From the IMG/VR virus record IMGVR_UViG_3300007735_000804, positions 124,001 to 188,000 of that record: a DNA stretch of 64,000 nt; one strand, 5' to 3'. Made by a program: the position numbers and the translations under genes. The notes beneath the pieces were generated by a model. It ran no database searches. It was given only the letters and a program-made list of their open reading frames with translations, and was not told the DNA's origin. Position 1 is the stretch's first letter. The number at the start of each line of letters is the position of its first letter. Of the stretch, positions 56,875 through 64,000 are shown in pieces.

Positions 56875-57789
56875 ATGGCGGCCGCAACGCAAGATTTAAA
56901 AATATTTCGTTATCCTTATAAAAAACTTGAAAAAAATGAAGATTATCTAAAAATAGAGTGCTTGGAATATAGACCTCCAGGTATTGGTGAATCTTTTGGT
57001 GTTTCAGACTTTGGGTTAGCAAGTTCAGATGATGCTTATCGTAGTGTAGGACAAAAAGATATAAGAGGAACAATTATATTACCAATACCAGAAGGACTTC
57101 CTCAAAATGGAAATAGTGTTTCTTGGGGAGATAGTAAAATAAATCCCTTACAAGCAGGATTAATTGGGGTAGGAAATGAAGCTGTAACTGGAGGTCCAAT
57201 TGAAGGAGTTAAAGCTTTATTTAATACAGGTGCAAAAGTTTTAGAGGCAGCACAAACGGGAGTCGGTCAAAAGGCAGTTCAATCTGGATTTGTTAGTGCT
57301 GCAGTAGGGCAGTTGCTAGCGCAAGACAACTTATTTGCTGATGTTTTAGGGAGACAAACTGGTGCTGTTTTTAATGAAAATGTAGAACTACTTTTCCGTG
57401 GAATTAATCTACGTGATGCGTTTAGTTTTACTTTTGATATAATACCAAGATTTAAAAAAGAAGCAGAAGAAGTAAAGCAAATGATAATTTTCCTCAAAAA
57501 AGAAATGTCTGCTAAAAAAGGAACAAGTTCCGGATCTGCCTCTGGTTTATTTTTAAAAGCACCAAGCGTATTCAAAATTCAATATATGAGTGGTGGAAAA
57601 CCCCACCCCTATCTAAATAGGTTCAAGATTTGTGCAATGCCTTCTCTCTCGGTCAACTTTAATGGATCGAATACCTATGCAACATATTCTGATGGAACAC
57701 CAGTTCATATGCAATTAACTTTAACGTTCCAAGAACTGACTCCAATTTACGATGTAGATTATAACAACCCAGTAGGTACAGGTTACTAA
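56875..57789 (+). CDS. gp48: baseplate tail-tube cap gp48
   Basis: IILPIP...N..W...N.ELLF.G...R.F.F.F...P...E...P..F...L.F.EL. Confidence 0.85.
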   Translation: MAAATQDLKIFRYPYKKLEKNEDYLKIECLEYRPPGIGESFGVSDFGLASSDDAYRSVGQKDIRGTIILPIPEGLPQNGNSVSWGDSKINPLQAGLIGVGNEAVTGGPIEGVKALFNTGAKVLEAAQTGVGQKAVQSGFVSAAVGQLLAQDNLFADVLGRQTGAVFNENVELLFRGINLRDAFSFTFDIIPRFKKEAEEVKQMIIFLKKEMSAKKGTSSGSASGLFLKAPSVFKIQYMSGGKPHPYLNRFKICAMPSLSVNFNGSNTYATYSDGTPVHMQLTLTFQELTPIYDVDYNNPVGTGY

Positions 57790-58436
57790 TGACTTATTTT
57801 AGAGAGTTACCAAATCTAGAATATCAATCCTTTCTATCAGATAGAAAATCTGTTGATGAATACATAACGGTTAAAAATTTATTTCGTAGAGTCAAACTTC
57901 GTGACGATCTACAAAATGTTTTCACAATTTTTGACAAATACCAAATACCTGATGGTTCAAGACCTGAATTAGTTGCAGAAGAACTTTATGGTAACACTCA
58001 ATATGATTGGGTTGTTTTAATTGGTGCAGGAATTACAAGAGTCAGAGACCAATGGCCTCTTTCTGATGCACAAGTTTATGATTATGCAGAATCAATTTAT
58101 GGTGCAGATTTAAATACCATACATCACTATGAAACTACAGAAGTTAAAGACTCACAAGATCGTCTAATTCTTCCAGCAGGTAAAGTTGTTGATTCTAATT
58201 TTACAATTCCAAATCCAAGCAGTCCAGCAGAATCTTTAAATCCAGTAGTAGGAATATCAAACTATGAATATGAAGTTCTGAAAAATAACGAAAAACGTAG
58301 TATTTACGTTATCAGACCACGATATCTTCAGCAAGTTTTAAATGATACAAGAAAAGCGATGACTTATGATCAATCATCGCAATATGTAAATAATAAACTT
58401 ATTAAAACCGAAAATACAAGGGCATCAAACCCATAA
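57789..58436 (+). CDS. gp53: baseplate wedge protein gp53
   Basis: YFRELPN..Y...NLFRR...RPE.VA..LYG....DWVVL...WP...HHYE. Confidence 0.9.
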   Translation: MTYFRELPNLEYQSFLSDRKSVDEYITVKNLFRRVKLRDDLQNVFTIFDKYQIPDGSRPELVAEELYGNTQYDWVVLIGAGITRVRDQWPLSDAQVYDYAESIYGADLNTIHHYETTEVKDSQDRLILPAGKVVDSNFTIPNPSSPAESLNPVVGISNYEYEVLKNNEKRSIYVIRPRYLQQVLNDTRKAMTYDQSSQYVNNKLIKTENTRASNP

Positions 58437-59015
58437 GAGTTTTAAGTTCTTATCAAAGGTCATCACATATCGGTGTTTGCGGGAGCGTTCTTTCCATTCT
58501 CCTGCAGCACCTTTAACTTTGCCTCTAGAGTGTTTAGTTCCGTCTGCATAGTAGAAATCTTTCTTTGGGTCTGAAAGTCCGCAATATTTAAAATTACAAG
58601 CGCGATAGATTGTACCATAATGGAAATCACTATCAGCGTAAAAGATGATTGCCCTAACTTTTGTATCCTTCCGTAACTGTCTAATCGCTCTTGAAACAAA
58701 CCAAGAAGTGATATTATATTCGGTTCCTTGGGTTTCAGGGTGGATGCAAAGTCGTGAAAGTTCAAATAGTCCTTCTTGCTCATTCCGCTCTAGTCCAAAT
58801 GCTCCTTGTGCGATTTCAGGAACAGGGAGACCTGTGAAGACACAGACTCCCTGAATGCCACCAATATTCAACGGGCAAAAGTCGTTGCCCTTATAAAGAC
58901 CGTAGTTATATCCTGAACGAAACCCTTTTGAAAAGTCCTTGAGATAATGAAACCGCAGAAGTAACTCTGCGGCTTCGGATTTACTTACACGGTCAATGTA
59001 GTAATCGTTTTTCAA
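58425..59015 (-). CDS. Mom-like (GNAT-fold) DNA modification protein
   Basis: HYL...ELSRL...N..SWFVSRAI...YAD...GTIY.A.NF.Y.G...KHRY. Confidence 0.7.
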   Translation of the reverse strand: MKNDYYIDRVSKSEAAELLLRFHYLKDFSKGFRSGYNYGLYKGNDFCPLNIGGIQGVCVFTGLPVPEIAQGAFGLERNEQEGLFELSRLCIHPETQGTEYNITSWFVSRAIRQLRKDTKVRAIIFYADSDFHYGTIYRACNFKYCGLSDPKKDFYYADGTKHSRGKVKGAAGEWKERSRKHRYVMTFDKNLKLLWV

Positions 59016-59932
59016 TCTTCGGCAAGACGGGCGAAATACTGCAAGGCATCATCATCCTCATCTTCCTCAACCGCAGCACGACGGGTGGGTTGAAGATTGT
59101 TAAGTTCGGTGCGAAGGTCTTCATCGAGTTCCTTCACAGAACCACGGGTATTATCTTCATCAAGATCTTCGGGGTCCTGATAGCGAGGAGTGCCTTTGGT
59201 GCCAAGAACATAATCAAGACGCTTCTTCAGTTCATCATAAGACTTAAACTGATCGGCAGCGGTCAGTTCGGCAAGCGAATACTGCTTCTTCCACACTGCT
59301 TCCATGGCATCATCATCGTCCAGGAGAGCTTCAGAGCGAGCAAACTCACTGGAGTCATAGTTACGATAACCAGCGACATTCTTTGCCTTCAGTTTGAAGT
59401 TAGCGCCCTGCCAGAAGTCAAACGGATCAATCGCTTCCTCATCTTCAAACTCAGGTTGCATTGCAGCGGTGAGTTTGTCAAAGATCTTCTTACCATACTT
59501 GAACAGGAACACCTTACCTTCGTTGGCAGGGTTGGCAGGATCCTTCACCACATAGATGTTGGACACATAGGTCAGTTTACGCTTCTGCTTGCGGGCAAGT
59601 TCTTTACCAGCATCAGTGCCGTTGTTCCAGAGTTCGGAGTTCAGTTCGGACACAGGATCCTTCTGACCCAGAGTAGTCAGGGAGTTCTCAATATACCAAC
59701 CACCAGGACCTTGGAAGGCGTGGGAATAGAGTTTCACAAACGGCAGGTCTTCGCCGTTAGGGGCAGGTAGGAAACGGATCACGGCATAACCATTGCCGCC
59801 CTTATCTACATCCAGTTTCCACAGACGGTCATCACTAGAACCGCTGCTAGTATTCATTTTTTCTACTTCTTTGACCAGTTTGGCAGTAAGATTGCCAAGT
59901 TTGGACTGCTTTTTAAGGTCGGAAAACGACAT
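59012..59932 (-). CDS. gp32: single-stranded DNA-binding protein gp32
   Basis: DDRLWK...GNGYAVIRFLPAP...WYIENS..T...FKYGKKIFDK...NYDSS; acidic tail. Confidence 0.97.
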   Translation of the reverse strand: MSFSDLKKQSKLGNLTAKLVKEVEKMNTSSGSSDDRLWKLDVDKGGNGYAVIRFLPAPNGEDLPFVKLYSHAFQGPGGWYIENSLTTLGQKDPVSELNSELWNNGTDAGKELARKQKRKLTYVSNIYVVKDPANPANEGKVFLFKYGKKIFDKLTAAMQPEFEDEEAIDPFDFWQGANFKLKAKNVAGYRNYDSSEFARSEALLDDDDAMEAVWKKQYSLAELTAADQFKSYDELKKRLDYVLGTKGTPRYQDPEDLDEDNTRGSVKELDEDLRTELNNLQPTRRAAVEEDEDDDALQYFARLAED

Positions 59933-59975
59933 TTGGATTACCTCGGATAGTTTGGATTCGGGGGATTACTCGGAT

Positions 59976-60004
59976 AGTATAGCGAAGATTGAATCACCTG
60001 TCAA
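59976..60004 (-). promoter_or_regulatory. sigma70-type promoter for gp32
   Basis: TTGACA-17-TATACT. Confidence 0.75.
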
Positions 60005-60326
60005 TGAATTGTTTGAGTGACTCAATGGTCTTGTTCATACTACTGAATAAAACTTGCATATCAGTCTCTGGTGGGAACCCCATCAGAGCCACTGACTTGC
60101 GTAGGTTCTCTTTCATCTCAACCGCTTGGGGGTCGTCTGAAAGGGACAACCTAGTATACATCACTCTCTGCTTTTCTAGCAAGAGCTCAAGTTTTTCAAT
60201 GTGTTCCAGTTTGGTCTCACGGGGCATCATACCGAAAGTCAAAATGCTTCCGTAGATTTCTTCTTGTAACTTGTTGATTTCTCTCAATTCGTCTTGAATA
60301 ATATCGGAGTCAAAAAAGCTACTCAT
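59994..60326 (-). CDS. DUF1825-like conserved cyanophage protein
   Basis: FFDSDII...L..LLEKQ...Y.RLSLSDDP.A. Confidence 0.75.
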   Translation of the reverse strand: MSSFFDSDIIQDELREINKLQEEIYGSILTFGMMPRETKLEHIEKLELLLEKQRVMYTRLSLSDDPQAVEMKENLRKSVALMGFPPETDMQVLFSSMNKTIESLKQFIDR

Positions 60327-60915
60327 TGATTATTTCCCGTAAAATGCGTTTAAACTGGAATATGTCTGTATTTAGAAAAGGAGAATACTTTTTGATTTTT
60401 AAAGATACGGTCTCCCACACTGGGTCTAAAAGTTTCTTATCAAACTTATTCCCGAACAGGAATATTCTATCATAGATCACTAGGGTTTCTAGTGAAATTT
60501 TCCCACCCAGGAACTTTTTAAGGACGGGTGGATGACCTTTGGAACAGTTCAAGGCATCGTCTAATTTTGTCTCCGAGAACAATTCGCTGCTTTGTTCTTT
60601 GAACAAGTAAGTCAAACTCTGTTGGCGTCGCATCCACTCTTGGTAGGTTCTTTCTCCAGAATTGATAATCTCACCAATCCATAAATTACCAGGTGTGTCT
60701 GCAGATACAAAGTTTGATACAAGAAAATCTACGACCTCTTTGTCATTATACTTGCGACTTGTTTTTTCGAACCAGTATTTATCGCGCCGTTTATTAAAAG
60801 ACGTTAAACTGGCACGAGTCTTTGCACCGTATTTAAAGAAGTCGTATTTTGGGTTTGTGAAATGATTTTTGAGTGACAAATAATGTTGATAAGTTTCAAA
60901 GGGTGTCACAATCAT
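60319..60915 (-). CDS. gp59: helicase loader gp59
   Basis: YLSLKNHFT...YDFFKY....AS..SF.KR.DKYWF. Confidence 0.9.
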   Translation of the reverse strand: MIVTPFETYQHYLSLKNHFTNPKYDFFKYGAKTRASLTSFNKRRDKYWFEKTSRKYNDKEVVDFLVSNFVSADTPGNLWIGEIINSGERTYQEWMRRQQSLTYLFKEQSSELFSETKLDDALNCSKGHPPVLKKFLGGKISLETLVIYDRIFLFGNKFDKKLLDPVWETVSLKIKKYSPFLNTDIFQFKRILREIINE

Positions 60916-61172
60916 AGAGGCAGTTTTGCTTTCGAAGTTCGTTTCATAAAGTTAAGACGGGTTGCGTCCCACTTTAATCGCTCTTTCAACGGTTTTGAAA
61001 TCAGTTTTGTAACTGATTCTACTTCAAGACTATTGATTTCGCAATAATGACAAATCGCATCAATATAATTCATATTTTCTGCTGCCACAATATGTTCTAT
61101 CTCCAAAGCAAACTTTGATGGAGTTAAAAACTTATTCTCGATGACCTGTTCTAATTCTTTATTTGGTTCCAT
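60912..61172 (-). CDS. gp33: late transcription coactivator gp33
   Basis: F..EIE.IV......YIDAI..YCE.N.LE......LISKPLKE.L..DA..LN. Confidence 0.9.
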   Translation of the reverse strand: MEPNKELEQVIENKFLTPSKFALEIEHIVAAENMNYIDAICHYCEINSLEVESVTKLISKPLKERLKWDATRLNFMKRTSKAKLPL

Positions 61173-61839
61173 ATTCGTTAAGTTTATCTCCAACAAACTT
61201 TCTAATGTATTCTGTGAGAAGTTTGATGTATTTTGATTTGTCTCTTTCTTCATAAACGACGCATTCTCCATTTTCACAAGCCATGATGATTACAAGTTTT
61301 TTGACTGAAATACCAGTCAGTTCGTAGAGCATACAACCATATGCCATACATTGAACAAAATAATGTTCGATCCACTCTCGTGGTTTAGGTTTTTTAGAAG
61401 TCTTAAAATCGATTATTGATAGTTCGCCATCAAACTCGGCAATACAATCTACGGTTCCAGCAATACCCAGTTGCTTACTATATAGGGATCCTTCAAGGGC
61501 GTAAATATTATTTATGCGTTTTAAATCCGTTTTCGCAATCTTAAAAAGAAAATCCGCCATCGGCGCAACAGGCGGAAGGTCTTGATTTTTAAGATGGTTT
61601 TCTGTAAGAGAATGAAAGTCTGTGCCGCGAGAAGTAGCCGCTTTAGTAACCTTTTGCGCCTCATCCTCACCAACCTTTTTGCGCCAGTTATCGAAGATTT
61701 CACGATTAAAGTGACTCGTAACAGAGGTAATCGAAACTAGACGAAGAAGAACTTCTTCATCTGGAACTTTATAATAACGAACACCATCGATTGTCTCACG
61801 CTCCAACTTTGGGAGTTCAATATCAATATGTTTGAACAT
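61159..61839 (-). CDS. PD-(D/E)xK exonuclease (Cas4/RecB-like phage exo)
   Basis: SITSV, RGT.FH, E, AGTVDC, IIDFKTS, Q..AY. Confidence 0.85.
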   Translation of the reverse strand: MFKHIDIELPKLERETIDGVRYYKVPDEEVLLRLVSITSVTSHFNREIFDNWRKKVGEDEAQKVTKAATSRGTDFHSLTENHLKNQDLPPVAPMADFLFKIAKTDLKRINNIYALEGSLYSKQLGIAGTVDCIAEFDGELSIIDFKTSKKPKPREWIEHYFVQCMAYGCMLYELTGISVKKLVIIMACENGECVVYEERDKSKYIKLLTEYIRKFVGDKLNEYGTK

Positions 61840-62594
61840 TAAAAACCAGCATCCATTTTTGCCATAATATATTCTTTGACAAGTCCAGAACGAACAATGT
61901 CTTCGACTCCAAATTCAATTATATCAAAAGATGGCATTTTACGCAAGACTGTCATAAAATCGACAATACCATTGCGCTCATTTGTTTTCTGTAAGTCAGA
62001 TTGTGAAGCATCACCACAGAAACAAATCTTGGTATTTTCACCCACACGAGTAATGATAGAGTCTAATTCATGGAAGTTTAGATTTTGAAATTCATCCACG
62101 ATAATGATGGCATTATCAAGAGTTGTACCACGGAGGAATGAAGTGCTCCAGAACTTGATAGTCTCTTGTGACTTGAGGTTACCATAAAGCATCTCAAAGT
62201 CAGCGTCAGAAGGCATCTGGAACATATACTTCACCATATTCTTATAAGGAATCTGATAAATGTCTGCCTTGTCTTCATGAGAACCAGGCAGGAATCCAAT
62301 CTCTCTTGTGGCAACTAATGAACGAACAAGATAAATTCTTTCATAAGGACTTCTTTCATCAAGAACATCTTTTAAAGCGTTATAAAGGGTAATGAAAGTT
62401 TTACCTGTTCCGGCACAACCATACGCGACAATGTGTTTACCTTCAGCATAAGAATCAAAAAGTTTTCTTTGATTATCTGTAAGAGGATCAATATCGACCA
62501 AATAATCGGAACTTAATGGTTTTTTACGCTTCATTTGACGAGTAGTAAGACCAACCCCGATTGGTTGCTCTGCTCTTCTGTTTCTTCTTGCCAT
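61839..62594 (-). CDS. phoH: PhoH-like protein
   Basis: GCAGTGKT, GFLPG, FLRGTT, IVDEFQN, TRVG, GD..QSD, IVRSGLV. Confidence 0.95.
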   Translation of the reverse strand: MARRNRRAEQPIGVGLTTRQMKRKKPLSSDYLVDIDPLTDNQRKLFDSYAEGKHIVAYGCAGTGKTFITLYNALKDVLDERSPYERIYLVRSLVATREIGFLPGSHEDKADIYQIPYKNMVKYMFQMPSDADFEMLYGNLKSQETIKFWSTSFLRGTTLDNAIIIVDEFQNLNFHELDSIITRVGENTKICFCGDASQSDLQKTNERNGIVDFMTVLRKMPSFDIIEFGVEDIVRSGLVKEYIMAKMDAGF

Positions 62595-62595
62595 A

Positions 62596-62844
62596 TTAGA
62601 GTTTCTTTACATTTGAACCTGGTGCTCTAGATGCCTTATCTAGGACATCATTCCATCCTGGATTTCGATTGATAAGTTTATTTCTCCACTCTCCCACTTC
62701 TCCAGGAGAAGGGCAAGTAGAAGGATCAGACCAATCGCGGATCCATTCTGGATTCTCATTTTTCCACTGATCCCAGTCGTGGATACTCATTTCCACTTCT
62801 TTCTGTTCACCAGTTTTTGTATTCACTACAGGATATGTTGCCAT
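62596..62844 (-). CDS. conserved cyanophage hypothetical protein
   Basis: MATYPV.N..TGE...GW.DVL......PGS. Confidence 0.8.
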   Translation of the reverse strand: MATYPVVNTKTGEQKEVEMSIHDWDQWKNENPEWIRDWSDPSTCPSPGEVGEWRNKLINRNPGWNDVLDKASRAPGSNVKKL

Positions 62845-62871
62845 TGTTATAATTTCAAGATATTTTATTTA

Positions 62872-63528
62872 TCAGTAAATCCAACCCTCAAACTTCGTCC
62901 ATTCAAGTGCCTCTGCAACTGAAGGAAACTGCTCAATAAAAACATTTTTACATGCAAGTGCGATATCCATATGTTCCTTTTGAGTTCCGTTTGCGGTGCG
63001 AAGATTAATGTAATGGATCCAACTGCGACAAGATCCGCTCATATAGATGCGTGTGGGCGTCGCCAAGGGCAGTACAAACCTTGCACACTCTTTTGCTACA
63101 CCATGAGTAAGAAGTTCTTTGTAGAGTTGCATAGAGTGTGTAAAATGCTCTTGAATCTTGCTCTGCAATTTGAGTTTCTCATATCCTGGAATATCATCAA
63201 TCGAATTCTGACGATTCTTGGTATCTTGACGACGAAGATCGGGAACAGGAATATATTCGGAAATCAATGAAGTATCAGCATAACGCTGGGAAAACTCTTG
63301 ATAGGTGAATGAACGGTGACGCAGAATCTGTGCTGCAATGCCACGGTTCGTTTCGATCTCAAGAGTCATAAAAGACTGCTCAAAAACAGACCAATGATTA
63401 TGCTTAATGCAATAAGCAAGCAACTTGGCATAGTTTTCGTTCTCTTGATTAGCAGGGTTGCTAACTCTAGCAACATACGCCATTGTTTTTTCTGCATCGG
63501 GTGTCACGCTGATGAGTTTTACTGCCAT
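62872..63528 (-). CDS. thyX: FAD-dependent thymidylate synthase ThyX
   Basis: H.SVFE, QILRHRSFTYQEFSQRY, ECARFVLP, TQKEH. Confidence 0.95.
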   Translation of the reverse strand: MAVKLISVTPDAEKTMAYVARVSNPANQENENYAKLLAYCIKHNHWSVFEQSFMTLEIETNRGIAAQILRHRSFTYQEFSQRYADTSLISEYIPVPDLRRQDTKNRQNSIDDIPGYEKLKLQSKIQEHFTHSMQLYKELLTHGVAKECARFVLPLATPTRIYMSGSCRSWIHYINLRTANGTQKEHMDIALACKNVFIEQFPSVAEALEWTKFEGWIY

Positions 63529-63692
63529 TTCTTTCCAAATCCTTTCGATGTTTTTGCTTCTAGTCCTGCAAGTTCTTCTTTTAGTGCTCGCAGTTGTTGT
63601 TTCATTTCTATAATTTTTTCTTCAGTATAAAGATGATCTTGCTTAACAAGTCTTTCAAGCAATTTTATCAATTTCCGTGCCCTATTAGTCAT
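63519..63692 (-). CDS. small hypothetical protein (57 aa, KGF C-terminus)
   Basis: Read by hand: MTNRARKLIKLLERLVKQDHLY...SKGFGKKWQ. Confidence 0.65.
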   Translation of the reverse strand: MTNRARKLIKLLERLVKQDHLYTEEKIIEMKQQLRALKEELAGLEAKTSKGFGKKWQ

Positions 63693-63858
63693 CTAAATCA
63701 GAATCCTCAAAAATTTCGTCGTAATCTAGAATAGGTCTCTTTCTCACTTCTGGTTCTGTATATTTGTATGTAGAAGTGTCAGAATAAATTTCTGCTTTCA
63801 GAGAATCAACCAACAGTTCAAGATTACGAACAATCAGTTTTAGTTTGTCTTTGTCCAT
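63685..63858 (-). CDS. small conserved hypothetical protein (57 aa)
   Basis: Read by hand: MDKDKLKLIVRNLELLVDSLKAEIYSD...DYDEIFED. Confidence 0.7.
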   Translation of the reverse strand: MDKDKLKLIVRNLELLVDSLKAEIYSDTSTYKYTEPEVRKRPILDYDEIFEDSDLDD

Positions 63859-63890
63859 AAGATACCATTCTCTTCGTCAATTTTATCATA

Positions 63891-63915
63891 AAAAAAGGAG
63901 GGAATCAACCCTCCT
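63891..63915 (-). terminator. intrinsic terminator overlapping a sigma70-type promoter
   Basis: AGGAGGG-TTGATT-CCCTCCT-TTTTT on the minus strand; TTGATT-17-TAAAAT within it. Confidence 0.7.
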
Positions 63916-64000
63916 AAACATCAAGCAATTTGTGGTTGCTTTGCCATATTCAGTTGTGCTTCACGAAGACGCTTTTCTTTCAGCAGTTTTTGTTTAATAA

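Noticed and set aside
61159-61839. Cas4 as evidence of a CRISPR system
   Set aside because: It is the standard cyanomyovirus exonuclease between phoH and gp33, with no cas1/cas2 or array
59012-63528. Introns, inteins or homing endonucleases in core genes
   Set aside because: gp32, gp59, phoH and thyX are uninterrupted and of normal length, and no HNH/GIY-YIG ORF was recognised

Overview
This 64 kb window comes from a T4-like cyanomyovirus (Kyanoviridae-like cyanophage), judged from cp12, phoH, thyX and the T4 core genes gp32/gp59/gp33/gp53/gp48/gp4/gp26/gp51/gp5. Almost everything is on the minus strand. Bases 1-24.2 kb are an early/accessory region of more than 70 small ORFs. It is organised by at least 19 copies of a promoter cassette with a 22-bp palindrome (GTGCCAGTT-N4-AACTGGCAC) at a nearly fixed 29-33 bp (mostly 31-32) from the -10 box. 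This region also holds an iteron-like/AT-rich putative origin (4.3-5.2 kb), a nuclease + methyltransferase pair, a split and permuted methyltransferase, CP12 and an SF2 helicase. Bases 24.3-47 kb are a tail-fibre island with two fibre + Gly-rich adhesin modules, one carrying an 18-Cys loop. It is interleaved with 2OG-Fe(II) oxygenases, a sulfotransferase and three structurally atypical tRNAs. Bases 47-64 kb are the baseplate hub/wedge, head completion, a Mom-like DNA modification gene and the replication/late-transcription core. All calls come from motif recognition by eye; no searches were run.
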